A stretch of 64,000 nucleotides of DNA from an uncultured Acidobacteriota bacterium (GCA_963720545.1 OY970399.1:3744001-3808000); one strand, 5' to 3'. Counted from the stretch's first letter, positions 1 through 13,305 are shown. Made by a program: numbers and translations. Notes: generated by a model not told the origin, from the sequence alone.

Positions 1-1
1 G

Positions 2-831
<830 letters not shown>

Positions 832-835
<4 letters not shown>

Positions 836-2478
836 AGGGCAGGGTCTGGCGGGCGGAAGCGCTCATCGCCTGCGGCTTCCTGCTCCTCGCGCTGCTGCAG
901 ACGGGCCTCGTCGGCAGCCTCGGGACGCTCGCCTACGCGGGGCCCGACACCACCGCCATGATGTGGGCGCTCGACTGGGTGTCGAAGCACTTCCTCAGCG
1001 CGCGGATGTTCGACGGCAACATCTTCTATCCCTCGCCACATTCGGTGCTGTTCGTCGAGCCGTTGTTGGGGCCCGCGGCGCTGGCTGTGCCGCTGCGCCT
1101 CTTCACAGCGAACCCGATCCTGATCTACAACGCATGCAACATCCTGGTCATGGCACTCGCGAGCTACGGCATGTACCGCCTGGCCTGCACGATGACCGGC
1201 GACCGCGGCGCGGCGCTCCTCGCCGGTGTCGTGGTGCCGTACGCGCCGCAGCAACTGCGCCACCTGGTGCACATCAACCTCATCACCATCGCCGGGTTCC
1301 CGTTCATGGTCCTCGGGCTGCTGAGACTCTTCGTGAAGCCGGGACCGTGGCCCGCGCTGCTGGCGGCATTCGCGTACGTGTTCCAGGCGGGCACCAGCGG
1401 CTATCACGCGATCAGCGGTGCTCTCCTCGCACTCATCTTCGCCACCTGGCGCTGGCGCGACCTGCGCAGGCCCAAGGTGTTTCTATGGACCGCGGCTGCC
1501 GCGCTCGCCGCGGCCGCTCTCCTCTCGCCCTACATCTTTCGTTTCCATGACTTGACGAGCGGGGAAGGGATGACTCGCGGTGCGCGCATGGCGCTACCGT
1601 ATTCGCTCGACCTCGGGCTCGACCTGTTGAAGACGACCTCGGTCTTCTGGGCAGGCACCGGACTGTTGCGCGAGGGTGCGCTCGGTGTCTTCCCAGGCGT
1701 CACCGTCCTCGTGCTGGCGGTCGTCGGGGTTGCAACCCGTTCGCGGTATCGCGCGTTTCTCATCGCCATAGCCGTCGTTTTCGGCACGCTGTCGTTCGGT
1801 CCCTGGCTCAAGTATCGCGGCGAGATCCTCATGCCGCTGCCGCTCAAGTGGCTGATGGAGACACTGCCGTTCTTCGACGCCATCCGGCACCCGAAGACCT
1901 TCAGTGTTCCTGCGATGTTCGGCATCGGCCTCCTGGCTTGCTTCGGCGCTGCGCGGCTTTCGCTTGGCCGGCGACCGTGGGTACTCGCCACGGTCCTGCT
2001 GTTCGCAGCCGTGGAGAGTTTCGGCGGCTGGCCGCCGCGCGCGCCGCGACCGCCGCTTCCGGCCGCCTACACATTCCTGCAGCAACAGCCGCCGGGGGCT
2101 CACCTTTCGCTGCCGATGAACGACTCTGAGAACTACACGTGGTGGGCAACGCTCCACGGCATGCCGACGGTGAATGGCGAAGGAGGCTGGGACGCGCGCC
2201 GCTACGGCGACCTCTACCGCCTGCTGCGCCGTGAGTGGAACGACCCTGCCACCGGCTCCCTCGCCGGGCGACGCTCCACCACCCTGCTCGCGAACCGCTT
2301 CCCGGTCGACTACGTCGTGCTGCGCCGCGCCGCGCCGCCCGCGATGCGCCGCAACATCGACGCCACGCCGGCGCTCTTCACGCTGCTCACGGAGACGACC
2401 GACGGCGACCGCGTCTACCGCTTCACGCCTGCTGCTGCTCGAGACGCAGCGGCAGGCGCCGCACCCGCGTCCCGATAG
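832..2478 (+). CDS. polytopic membrane protein, GT-C/YfhO-like putative glycosyltransferase; probable CTG start at 832 (first ATG at 958)
   Basis: Many TM helices, FDGNIFYP motif, C-terminal soluble domain; an in-frame hydrophobic helix and GPD precede ATG958; CTGA overlaps the upstream stop, with GGGAG 5 nt before. Confidence 0.6.
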
Positions 2479-4603
2479 CCGCGAACACCGCGTTGCAGAC
2501 GGCGGGTGCCACCGGCGGCACCGGCGGTTCGCCCAGGCCCAGTGGAGCGGTGCCGCCGGGAACGATGTGCGCCTCGACGTCCGGCGCCTGCGACAGGCGC
2601 AACACGGGGTAGTCGCCGAAGTGCGACTGCTGCACGCTGCCACCCTCGAAAGTGATCTCGCCGCCGAGCACGGCGGAGAGCGCCCACGTCACGCCACTCT
2701 CGATTTGACCCTCGACGCCCAGCGGGTTGATGGCAAGGCCGCAGTCGACGGCGCAGACGATGCGGTGCACGCGCAGGTCGCGGTTGGCGCCCACCGACAC
2801 CTCGGCGACCATCGCCACGTGCGTCTGGCCGTGGAACGCGTTCGCGGCGATGCCGCGGCCGTAACGCCGGCCCGCCGCCTTCGGCAGCGGCGCGCCCCAT
2901 CCGGCCTTCTCGGCGGCAAGCTGCAACACGCGGCGCAGTCGGTCGCGCTCGATCGTCACCGATCCCGAGGTCATCGCGGTTCCGGGCGGCAGCATCTCGA
3001 GGCGCAAGGCGAGCGGATCCTTGCCGAGCGCGTGCGCGATCTCGTCGAGGAACGACTCGCGCGCGAACGCCGCCGGCGGAGCGAACACCGCCCGCCACGG
3101 CCCGTGGGTCACGGGCGAGGCGACGTAGCTGTACTCGATGAGCTGCGACGGAAATGCGTAGGGGTTGTCGTGGTGCGCCCAGCCAATGTCGCGGAAGAAC
3201 TCGGCGCTCTTGCGCTCCTCGGCGGTCGGCTCGGGCGGCGTGTGGCCCGCCGAGGCCTGGCGATGGAACCAGAGACCCGGCTTGCCGGCGGCATCGATCG
3301 TCGCGGCCATCGCGTGCACCGACGCCGGCTGGAAATGGCCGTGGCGCAGGTCGTCGCGGCGCGTCCAGAGCACCTTCACCGGCACGCCTGCCGCCCGCGA
3401 GATCTCCGCTGCCTCCTCGGCATAGTCGGCGCGCAGCCTGCGGCCGAAACCGCCGCCCATCAGGGCTTGCGAAACGTCCACGTTCGCGGGCGGCACCTTC
3501 AACGTCGCCGCCACCGCCGCCTGGACACGCAGCAGGTTCTGCGTCGCGCCCATCATGAGCGCCTTGCCGTCGCGCACGTCGGCGATGTAGCTCAGCGGCT
3601 CCATCGCGGCGTGCGCGTAGATGGGGAAGTGGTACGTCGCCTTGAGCTTCCTGGCTGCCGCGGCGAGTGCAGCTTCCGGATCGCCATCGCGCCTCGTCTC
3701 GACGCCCTTGCTGGCGACGCCCTTCTCGAGGTCGGTCCAGGCCTGCGCCGTCGAGAAGGACGACCCGGGCCCGTCGCTCCAGTCCACCTGGAGAGCTTCG
3801 ACGCCGCGCAGTGCGGCCCACGTGGAATCGGCCACCACCGCCACGCCCTGGGAAACCTGCGTCACCGCCACAACTCCCGGCACCGCCCTGGCGGGCTTGG
3901 CGTCGAAACTCTTCACCGTGGCGCCCAGGCGCGGCGGCCGTGCCAGGCAGGCGCTCTTCAGCCCGGACATTTGCAGGTCGATGCCGTAGAGCGCTGCGCC
4001 GCGGACGATATCGGGGCCATCGATGCGCCGGGTCGGTGTACCGACGATGCGGCGTTCCGCGAGCGTCTTCATCACCGGTTTAGCCGGCACGCGCTGCTGT
4101 GCGGCTGCCGCCACCAGGCCTGCGTACGGCAGGCTGCGGCCCGACGCCGCGTGCAGCACCGCCCCGTCGGCTGTGGTGCAGGTGTCTGCGCTCACGCGCC
4201 ACTGTGCCGCGGCCGCCTCGCGCAGCATCTGGCGCGCAGCGGCACCCGCGGGCCGGAACATCCGCCAGGCATACCGCATGCTGTCGCTGCCGCCGGTGCC
4301 GAGGTCGTCGTAGTCCGGACCGGGGCGCGCGTAGTCGAGGCGGATGTGTGCGGGATCGACGTCGAGCTCGTCGGCGAGGATCATCGGCATAGCGGTGCGG
4401 ATGCCCTGGCCGAACTCGACGCGCGGCAGGAAAACAGTGACGGTGCCGCTGGCATCCATCTTCATCCAGAGGTTTTTCAACAGGGCGGCCGGGGCCGCGG
4501 CGTCCGCGGTCGGTGACCACGAGGCGCGAAACGGAATGACGAGGACCGCGGCGGCGCTGGCCGACGCCTTGAGAAAGCCGCGGCGCGACGCTGCGGCGGT
4601 CAT
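2423..4603 (-). CDS. xanthine dehydrogenase family molybdopterin-binding subunit (IorB-like) with Tat signal
   Basis: SRRGFLK twin-arginine leader, EFGQG, TGGS, AHAAMEP, MGGGFGRR, GPWRAV, GLGEPPVPP; ATGA overlap with upstream 2Fe-2S gene. Confidence 0.9.
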   Translation of the reverse strand: MTAAASRRGFLKASASAAAVLVIPFRASWSPTADAAAPAALLKNLWMKMDASGTVTVFLPRVEFGQGIRTAMPMILADELDVDPAHIRLDYARPGPDYDDLGTGGSDSMRYAWRMFRPAGAAARQMLREAAAAQWRVSADTCTTADGAVLHAASGRSLPYAGLVAAAAQQRVPAKPVMKTLAERRIVGTPTRRIDGPDIVRGAALYGIDLQMSGLKSACLARPPRLGATVKSFDAKPARAVPGVVAVTQVSQGVAVVADSTWAALRGVEALQVDWSDGPGSSFSTAQAWTDLEKGVASKGVETRRDGDPEAALAAAARKLKATYHFPIYAHAAMEPLSYIADVRDGKALMMGATQNLLRVQAAVAATLKVPPANVDVSQALMGGGFGRRLRADYAEEAAEISRAAGVPVKVLWTRRDDLRHGHFQPASVHAMAATIDAAGKPGLWFHRQASAGHTPPEPTAEERKSAEFFRDIGWAHHDNPYAFPSQLIEYSYVASPVTHGPWRAVFAPPAAFARESFLDEIAHALGKDPLALRLEMLPPGTAMTSGSVTIERDRLRRVLQLAAEKAGWGAPLPKAAGRRYGRGIAANAFHGQTHVAMVAEVSVGANRDLRVHRIVCAVDCGLAINPLGVEGQIESGVTWALSAVLGGEITFEGGSVQQSHFGDYPVLRLSQAPDVEAHIVPGGTAPLGLGEPPVPPVAPAVCNAVFAAIGTRVRRLPLRLEQQQA

Positions 4604-5070
4604 CGGCCCGCCGCCTTGCCCGCCGTGAGGCGGTTCACCGCGCGGCGGATGCGGTTGTAGGTGCCGCAGCGGCAGACGTGCTGGTCGAGTGCGGCGAGCG
4701 CGGCACCGGCGTCCGCCGGCGCGCGCCGCAGGCTGGCGGCGCAGGTCATGAGCATGCCGGCCTGGCAGTAGCCGCACTGGGCGACATCCTCGTCGAGCCA
4801 CGCCTGCTGGCACGGGTGCAGGGCGGCCTCGCTACCCAGCCCCTCGATGGTCGTGACCGCCCGGCTGCCGACGTCGCGCGCCGCCAGCAGGCAGCTGCGG
4901 GTCGCCTCGCCGTCTATGTGCACCGTGCAGGCGCCGCACAGGCCCACGCCGCAGCCGTACTTCGAGCCGGTCAGGCCCAGCGCGTCGCGCAGCACCCAGA
5001 GGAGAGGCGTGTCCGGTTCGACGCTCACCTCGCGGCGCGTGCCATTGACCAACATGTTGAATCGCGACAA
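4600..5070 (-). CDS. (2Fe-2S)-binding subunit (IorA/CoxS-like)
   Basis: GSKYGCGVGLCGACTV..RSC, QCGYCQAG, CRCGTY; TTG start 5 nt after AAAGGAGG. Confidence 0.92.
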   Translation of the reverse strand: MSRFNMLVNGTRREVSVEPDTPLLWVLRDALGLTGSKYGCGVGLCGACTVHIDGEATRSCLLAARDVGSRAVTTIEGLGSEAALHPCQQAWLDEDVAQCGYCQAGMLMTCAASLRRAPADAGAALAALDQHVCRCGTYNRIRRAVNRLTAGKAAGR

Positions 5071-5099
5071 CCGGGCCTCCTTTGCGATGGCTCGGAACG

Positions 5100-5198
5100 A
5101 ATGTACGCCGCCGGCGCGCGCGCGTCCGGATGAACAAGCGATGTTTGTCCGAGGTTTGGCCGAGGCTGCGGCGGCGATCCCGATGGAACCCCTATACT
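5100..5198. promoter_or_regulatory. divergent promoter region with 11-bp-phased direct repeats
   Basis: -10 TACATT (minus, 5100-5105), -10 TATACT (plus, 5193-5198); tandem GTTTGTCCGAG/GTTTGGCCGAG at 5143-5164, with (C/G)GA(T/G) cores at 5128, 5139, 5150, 5161. Confidence 0.55.
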
Positions 5199-5215
5199 CC
5201 GACGAAGAAGCGCCG

Positions 5216-7384
5216 ATGTCCGAACCCTTCCCGCAATCCCCGGCCGGCGCACGCAAGGCGCGGTCCTACCGCCTTGCCGGCCGCCTGGTCGAACCCGGCC
5301 TCAACCGCATCACGCGCGACGGGGCCGTGCTCCAGGTCGAGCCCAAGGTGATGCAGGTGCTGGAAGCGCTCGTCGCCGGCGGCTCCGACGTGGTGACGAA
5401 GGACGAGCTCATCGGCCGGGTCTGGGAAGGCGTGTTCGTCAGCGACGACGTCCTGGTGCGGGCGATCGGCGAGCTGCGCAAGGTTCTCGAAGACGGGGAC
5501 GGCAGCGACGCGCCAGCGGTCATAGAGACGATACGCAAGCGTGGCTACCGGCTGCTGGCCCCGGTTGTCTACGACCTGCCGGCCGTCGAACCCGCGCGAG
5601 CGTTTGCCGTCGCTCCGCCAGCCGTAGCATCCGGCGCGCCGCCGCGGAGTGCCGCGCGCGGACTGTGGCTCGCGTTCGCCGGAGCTTGCGCCGGCGGCAT
5701 CCTCGCCTTCGCCTGGCTGCACGGCCGCGACGCTGGCCGCGCCGGCGCCGCGGCCGGCAGCGCGCGCTTCCTGCCGTTCACGACGCTGGACGGCAACGAA
5801 TACGTTCCGTTGGTGTCTCCCGACGGTACGCGCGTGGTCTTCGGCTGGATGCCGAAACCCGGCGAGCCGCGCGACCTGTACCTGAAGCTCCTCGGCGGCG
5901 ACGGCATGCTGCGCCTCACGAACGACGCGGCCGAGGAGTACCCGCTCGCCTGGTCGCCCGACGGCACGCAGGTCACGTACTTGAGGATCGCCGGCGCCGA
6001 CTGCACGGCGCAGACGGTGTCGGCGCTCGGCGGCTCGCCGCGCCTGGTCGCGCCCTGTGCCAAACCCCGCGCGCGTTTCGCCGTTTCGCCCGACGGCGCG
6101 CAGGTGGTCGCGACCAAAGCTGCGGCGGTGGGTTGGCAAGGCCGGCTGTTCGTGAGCTCTCGCGACGGATCTGGCGAGCGGCCGCTCGTGACCCTCCAGC
6201 CGGGCGACGACCAGGGCGAGTTCGTCGATGCGGCGCCGGCCTTCTCGCCGGACGGGCGCTTCATCGCCTTCACTCGGTGGCTCACCGATAGCGTCGGCGA
6301 TCTCTACGTCGTGCCGGCAGCAGGCGGCAGCGCGCGGCGGCTCACCACCGACAACGCCGACACCATGGGCTTCAGCTGGGCGGGCAGCGGCAGCATCCTG
6401 TTCTCGTCGAACCGCGCCGGGATGTACAGCCTCTGGAGCGTCGCCGTTGACGGCGGCCAGCCCACGCTTGTCGCCGGCGGCGGCCGCAAGATCAAGCACC
6501 CGTCGGTATCGCGCGACGGCCGGGTGGTCGCCTACGAAGGCTGGAACTACGACATGAACCTGGCGGCGCTGCACGCGCCTTTTCCCGCGGGTGCGCCGCA
6601 GCCGCTGGCAACCGCCACCGATGAGTGGACGTTCGAGCCGCGCCTCTCACGCGACGGTTCGAGCATCGCCTTCACCTCGACCCGCTCAGGGTCGTACGAG
6701 ATCTGGACCGCGACCGCGGAGGGCGCGAACCCGGTGCGGCTGACGAATTTCGGCGGAGCCTACGTCGGCGCGCCGCGCTTCTCGCCGGACGGCCGCAGCG
6801 TCGTGTTCGTGGCACGCCCGCAAGGGCAGGCCGACATTTACATCGTGGATGTCGCGGGCGGCACGCCGCGCCGCCTCAGCGACGACCCGGCCGACGACCT
6901 CGCGCCTTCTTTCTCGGTCGACGGCGACACCGTGTATTTCGCGTCGCGGCGCACCGCGGACTGGCAGGTTCACGCGGTGCCGCGTGGCGGCGGCGCCGCG
7001 CGCGCGGTGACGGCGGCGGGCGGGTACGCCGCGATCGAGAGCGGCGGCTACATCTATCACAGCCGCAGCGACCGCGGCGGCCTGTGGCGGCGGCGGCTTT
7101 CAGCGCCCCCGGCCGAATCGAGCGAGCTGGTCGAAGGTGCGCTGCCGGCGGGGGACAGCGCCAACTTCGGTGTGCTCGCGGACGGCCGCCACTACTGGGT
7201 GTCGCCGTCCACCGACACGACACCCGCTCGGATCATGACGCGGTCCGGTGCGCAGCCCGCCGCCGTTCTCACCGACTTGCCGGGCATGGCGTGGGCCGGC
7301 GTCGAGGTGTCCGCCGACGGCCGGCGCGTGCTCTACTCGCGCATCGGCAGGAACGACAGCAACATCGTGGTGATGCTGCGCTGA
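5216..7384 (+). CDS. CadC/ToxR-like transmembrane regulator: OmpR-type winged helix, TM helix, TolB-like (PD40) beta-propeller
   Basis: VEPKVMQVL..VVTKDELIGRVW..RAIGELRKVL..IETIRKRGYRL, one TM helix, repeated SPDG motifs. Confidence 0.88.
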   Translation: MSEPFPQSPAGARKARSYRLAGRLVEPGLNRITRDGAVLQVEPKVMQVLEALVAGGSDVVTKDELIGRVWEGVFVSDDVLVRAIGELRKVLEDGDGSDAPAVIETIRKRGYRLLAPVVYDLPAVEPARAFAVAPPAVASGAPPRSAARGLWLAFAGACAGGILAFAWLHGRDAGRAGAAAGSARFLPFTTLDGNEYVPLVSPDGTRVVFGWMPKPGEPRDLYLKLLGGDGMLRLTNDAAEEYPLAWSPDGTQVTYLRIAGADCTAQTVSALGGSPRLVAPCAKPRARFAVSPDGAQVVATKAAAVGWQGRLFVSSRDGSGERPLVTLQPGDDQGEFVDAAPAFSPDGRFIAFTRWLTDSVGDLYVVPAAGGSARRLTTDNADTMGFSWAGSGSILFSSNRAGMYSLWSVAVDGGQPTLVAGGGRKIKHPSVSRDGRVVAYEGWNYDMNLAALHAPFPAGAPQPLATATDEWTFEPRLSRDGSSIAFTSTRSGSYEIWTATAEGANPVRLTNFGGAYVGAPRFSPDGRSVVFVARPQGQADIYIVDVAGGTPRRLSDDPADDLAPSFSVDGDTVYFASRRTADWQVHAVPRGGGAARAVTAAGGYAAIESGGYIYHSRSDRGGLWRRRLSAPPAESSELVEGALPAGDSANFGVLADGRHYWVSPSTDTTPARIMTRSGAQPAAVLTDLPGMAWAGVEVSADGRRVLYSRIGRNDSNIVVMLR

Positions 7385-9183
<1,799 letters not shown>

Positions 9184-9187
<4 letters not shown>

Positions 9188-10269
9188 TGAGCTTTCAGGA
9201 AAACGAAGGCCGCACGCAACTCGGCTTCGGTGACGTCGTGGCGGATCGCCACCCGCCCGATGCCGTGCGGCAGGATGAATGTGGGGCGTGACGAGAGGGC
9301 TTTCTTGTCGCTGGCCATGGCGGTCCGCACCGCGCGGTAGTCGAGATCGGCAACCTGCGGACGCGGGCCGAGCGCATCCACAGCCGCGCACAGGCGGCGG
9401 AAGTCGTCCGCACCGAGGAGCCCGCGGCCGCGGGCGATGTGCGCCGCCGCCACCATGCCGTGGCCCACGGCCTCGCCGTGGTTGAAGCGCGCGAAGCGGG
9501 TGACTGCCTCGAGCGCGTGGCCAAAGGTGTGGCCGAGGTTGAGGACGGCGCGCAGGCCGCCCTCGCGTTCGTCCGCGGCAACCACCTTCGCCTTGAGGGC
9601 GATCGCGGCCAGCACGGCGCGGCGCAGGAGTGGTTCGGACCAGGTGTCGGCCGGTCCGCCGCGCGCCAGCGCCGCGAACAGCGACGCGTCGCCGATGAGC
9701 GCGCACTTCAGGATCTCGTGCGAGCCGCCGCGCAGCTCGCGGCGGGGCAGGGTGCGAAGCAGCGCCAGGTCGGCGACCACGGCGCGCGGCTGGTGAAAGG
9801 CGCCGAGCAGGTTCTTGGCGCGGTCGTGGTTGACGCCGACCTTGCCGCCGATGGCGCTGTCCACCATGGCGAGGAGCGTCGTCGGCACGCCGATCCAGTC
9901 GATGCCGCGCATGTAGGTCGCGGCCGCGAAGCCGGCGGTGTCGCCGACGCTGCCGCCGCCGATCGCCACCAGCGCCGCGCCGCGCCGCGTGCCCCGCGCG
10001 AGCAGCACGTCGTGCAGCCGGCCCACCTGCCGCCAGGTCTTGGCGGCCTCGCGATCGGGCAGCTCGATGGGCGTCGCTTTGCGCATGGCGGCGCCCAGCG
10101 CCTTGCCGACATGGGTCCAGACCCGCCGCGAGGTGACGAGCGCGAACCCGCCCGGGCGCTGGGCCCGGAGCAGCCGGCGCAGGGTCCGGGCGCCATGGCC
10201 GCTGCCGACGAAAACAGGGTAGGGGTGCTCGTTTGTGGCGACGTTTATGCGGCGAACACGCGTGGTCAA
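9184..10269 (-). CDS. aroB: 3-dehydroquinate synthase (start approximate)
   Basis: [63 protein letters not shown]. Confidence 0.95.
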
Positions 10270-10361
10270 GCCGTTCAGGTTACTTCCCCGGCCGTGTTTC
10301 CACAAAGCTTGACAGCTCGCGTGTCTTCCTCGGGCGACCATGGCGGAGGAGGAAAAGAACA

Positions 10362-10742
10362 ATGCTCGAGAACATCGACGCCGTCCCGAATGTGGCGGTC
10401 AAGGACGTCAAGAAAGCGCGCAAGTTCTACGAGGGCACGCTTGGACTGAAAGTCGTGGGCACCGAGAGTGACGAAGTGGTCGTCTTCCAAAGCGGCGGCA
10501 ACAAGCTCTACGTGTACCGCTCCGCCTACGCCGGCACCAACAAGGCCACGAACGTCAGCTGGCCGGTGGGCGACAAGATCGGCAAGGTGGTGGCGGACCT
10601 GGGCCGCAAGGGTGTTGCGTTCGAACACTACAAGGACATGCCCGGCGCGGTCCTCGACGGCGATATCCACGTGTTCGGCGACATGCGCGTCGCGTGGTTC
10701 AAGGACCCCGACGGCAACATCCTGAGCGTCCTGAACGGCTGA
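10362..10742 (+). CDS. VOC/glyoxalase family protein
   Basis: VKDVKKARKFYEGTLGL and AWFKDPDGNIL motifs; strong SD GGAGGAGG. Confidence 0.9.
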   Translation: MLENIDAVPNVAVKDVKKARKFYEGTLGLKVVGTESDEVVVFQSGGNKLYVYRSAYAGTNKATNVSWPVGDKIGKVVADLGRKGVAFEHYKDMPGAVLDGDIHVFGDMRVAWFKDPDGNILSVLNG

Positions 10743-10797
10743 GCGTAGGGCGCCGCGCCGGGGGCGAGCGCGGACGCTCTGCTAAAATCGGCCGATC

Positions 10798-11820
10798 TTG
10801 CAAGGCCCCGAACTCTTTCCGTTCGTCGAATACTGGTGGTTCTACGCCGTTTTTACGGCCATGGTCCTCGGGCTGCTGCTGCTCGATCTTGGTGTATTCC
10901 ACCGCAGGGCGCACTCGGTCAGCGTCAAGGAGGCGTCCCTCTGGAGCGCCGTGTGGGTGAGCCTCGCGCTCGCCTTCAACTACGGCCTCTACCGCTACAT
11001 GCTGGTGCGCTTCCCGGAAGACCCGCGCCTCGCCGCGATTCCCGGTTTCGACGCGGCTGCGGCCGCCAAGCGTACGGCGCTCGAGTTCCTGGCCGGCTAC
11101 GTCGTCGAGTACTCGCTCTCGATCGACAACATCTTCGTGTTCGTCGTCATCATGGGCTACTTCGCGGTGCCGAAGCACCTGCAGCACCGGGTGCTGTTCT
11201 TCGGCATCCTCGGCGCGCTGGTGTTCCGCGCGATCTTCATCGGCCTCGGCTCGTGGCTGCTGCGCCTGCAGTGGATCGAGATCCTGTTCGGCATCTTCCT
11301 GGTGATCACCGGCATCCGCGTGATGCTCGCGAACGAAGGCGGCGACAAGGATCCGAGCGACAACGCGCTGGTGCGCTTCTTCCGCCGCTTCGTGCCGGTG
11401 ACCGAGAACCACGTCGAGGGTCACTTCTTCGTCAAGCACCTCGGCCGGACGCATGCGACGCCGCTGTTCATCACGCTGCTGACGCTCGAGATGACCGACA
11501 TCGTGTTCGCGGTGGACAGCGTGCCCGCGATCTTCGCGCTGACGCGCGAGCCGCTCATAGTATTCACCTCGAACATCTTCGCCATCCTCGGCTTGAGAAA
11601 CCTGTACTTCATGCTGGCGGGCGCGGTGGACAAGTTCCACCTGCTGAAGTACGGCCTCGGCATCATTCTCGTGTTCGTGGGCGCGAAGATGGTCGGCCTC
11701 AACGAATTGTTCGGCGGACATTTCCCCATCAGCTGGTCGCTCGGCATCATTGTCGGCGTGCTGGCGGCGGCCATCGCCGCGTCGCTGCTGTTCCCGAAGA
11801 GGACGGAAGGAAAAGAGTGA
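10798..11820 (+). CDS. TerC/Alx family membrane protein
   Basis: EYSLSIDNIFVF, QHRVLFFGILGALVFRAIFI, DIVFAVDSVPAIFA, SNIFAILGLR. Confidence 0.93.
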   Translation: MQGPELFPFVEYWWFYAVFTAMVLGLLLLDLGVFHRRAHSVSVKEASLWSAVWVSLALAFNYGLYRYMLVRFPEDPRLAAIPGFDAAAAAKRTALEFLAGYVVEYSLSIDNIFVFVVIMGYFAVPKHLQHRVLFFGILGALVFRAIFIGLGSWLLRLQWIEILFGIFLVITGIRVMLANEGGDKDPSDNALVRFFRRFVPVTENHVEGHFFVKHLGRTHATPLFITLLTLEMTDIVFAVDSVPAIFALTREPLIVFTSNIFAILGLRNLYFMLAGAVDKFHLLKYGLGIILVFVGAKMVGLNELFGGHFPISWSLGIIVGVLAAAIAASLLFPKRTEGKE

Positions 11821-13253
11821 AAGAGATCACGCCGAAGAGCCAGGACTACTCGCAGTGGTACCTGGACGTCGTCCTGAAGGCCGACCTCGCAGACTACGGC
11901 CCGGTGAAGGGCTGCATGGTGATCAAGCCCTACGGCTACGCCATCTGGGAGGCCCTGCAGGCAGACCTCGACCGCCGCATCAAGGAGACGGGGCACGTCA
12001 ACGCCTATTTCCCGCTGCTCATCCCGAAGAGCTTCCTCGAGAAGGAGAAGGAGCACGTCGCCGGTTTCTCGCCCGAGTGCGCCTGGGTGACGATTGGCGG
12101 CGGCCAGGAGCTGGAGGAGCCGCTCGCCATCCGGCCGACCTCTGAGGCGCTCATCTGCTCGATGTACGCGAAGTGGGTGCGCTCGTGGCGAGACCTGCCG
12201 ATCCTCATCAACCAGTGGGCGAACGTGCTGCGCTGGGAGAAAGTCACGAGGCCGTTCCTGCGCACCACCGAGTTCCTCTGGCAGGAAGGCCACACGCTGC
12301 ACGCGACCGAAGCCGAGGCGCAGGAGGAAACCCTCAAGATCCTGCACGAGGTCTACACGGCATCGGTCGAGGAGGTGCTGGCGATGCCGGTCGTCTCCGG
12401 GCTCAAGACCGAGAGCGAGAAGTTCGCCGGCGCGCTGCGCACCTACTCGATCGAGGCGCTGATGGGCGACGGGCGCGCGCTGCAGGCCGGCACCAGCCAC
12501 AACCTCGGCCAGCATTTCGCGACCGCGTACGGCATCTCGTTCCTCGACCAGAACCAGCAGCAGGCGCTGCCGTGGTCCACCTCGTGGGGCGCTTCGACGC
12601 GCCTCATCGGCGGCCTCATCATGACCCACGGCGACGACAACGGGCTGATCCTGCCGCCGAAGGTGGCGCCCTACCAGGTGGTGATCGTGCCGATCCCGCC
12701 GCGCAAGGGCGACATCAACGAAGCCGTGCTGCCGAAGGCGCGCGAGCTGCAGAAGATGCTGCGCGCGGCAGCGATCCGCGTGCACCTCGACGACCGCGAC
12801 ACCCAGGCGCCCGGCTTCAAGTACGCCGACTGGGAGATGCGCGGCGTGCCGCTGCGGCTCGAGCTCGGGCCGAAGGACCTCGAGAAGGACCAGTGCGTCC
12901 TGGTGCGCCGCGACACCGGCGAGAAGCTGTTCACGCCGCTCGCCGGGCTCGACGCCCGCATCGCCGAACTGCTCGCGGCCATCCAGTCGGACCTGCTTGC
13001 CAAGGCCCGGCAGTTCGTGAAGGACAACACCACGCACGTCTCGAGCTACGACGAGTTCAAGGAAGTCATGGCCGGCAAGCGCGGCTTCATCGTCGCCGGC
13101 TGGTGCGGCGACGCCGCATGCGAGGCCGCGGTGAAGGCGGAGACGCGCGCCACCATTCGCGTGATTCCGGTGTTCAGCGAAGCGGTGGGCGGCTCGTGCG
13201 TGCGCTGCGGCAAGCCCTCCGAGCGCGAGGTCTACTACGCGCAGGCGTACTGA
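11817..13253 (+). CDS. proS: proline--tRNA ligase (archaeal/eukaryote-like type, no editing insertion)
   Basis: YSQWY, IRPTSE, PFLRTTEFLWQEGHT, QAGTSHNLGQ, C-terminal CxxC and AQAY end; GTGA overlap with terC. Confidence 0.97.
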   Translation: MKEITPKSQDYSQWYLDVVLKADLADYGPVKGCMVIKPYGYAIWEALQADLDRRIKETGHVNAYFPLLIPKSFLEKEKEHVAGFSPECAWVTIGGGQELEEPLAIRPTSEALICSMYAKWVRSWRDLPILINQWANVLRWEKVTRPFLRTTEFLWQEGHTLHATEAEAQEETLKILHEVYTASVEEVLAMPVVSGLKTESEKFAGALRTYSIEALMGDGRALQAGTSHNLGQHFATAYGISFLDQNQQQALPWSTSWGASTRLIGGLIMTHGDDNGLILPPKVAPYQVVIVPIPPRKGDINEAVLPKARELQKMLRAAAIRVHLDDRDTQAPGFKYADWEMRGVPLRLELGPKDLEKDQCVLVRRDTGEKLFTPLAGLDARIAELLAAIQSDLLAKARQFVKDNTTHVSSYDEFKEVMAGKRGFIVAGWCGDAACEAAVKAETRATIRVIPVFSEAVGGSCVRCGKPSEREVYYAQAY

Positions 13254-13305
13254 CGGCGGCGGCGGCCGCGGCATCGGCAACGGCAACGAGGCCGCGCTGC
13301 GGCGC

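Noticed and set aside
2423..5070. Selenoprotein (in-frame UGA) in the Mo enzyme or elsewhere, given selB
   Set aside because: Both ORFs are complete without internal TGA. Other TGA stops I inspected fall at natural protein ends, and no Sec client was seen in the window.
10309..10341. Perfect TTGACA upstream of the VOC gene as a sigma70 promoter
   Set aside because: No -10 hexamer at 16-18 nt spacing; the nearest weak candidate GACCAT is 21 nt away.
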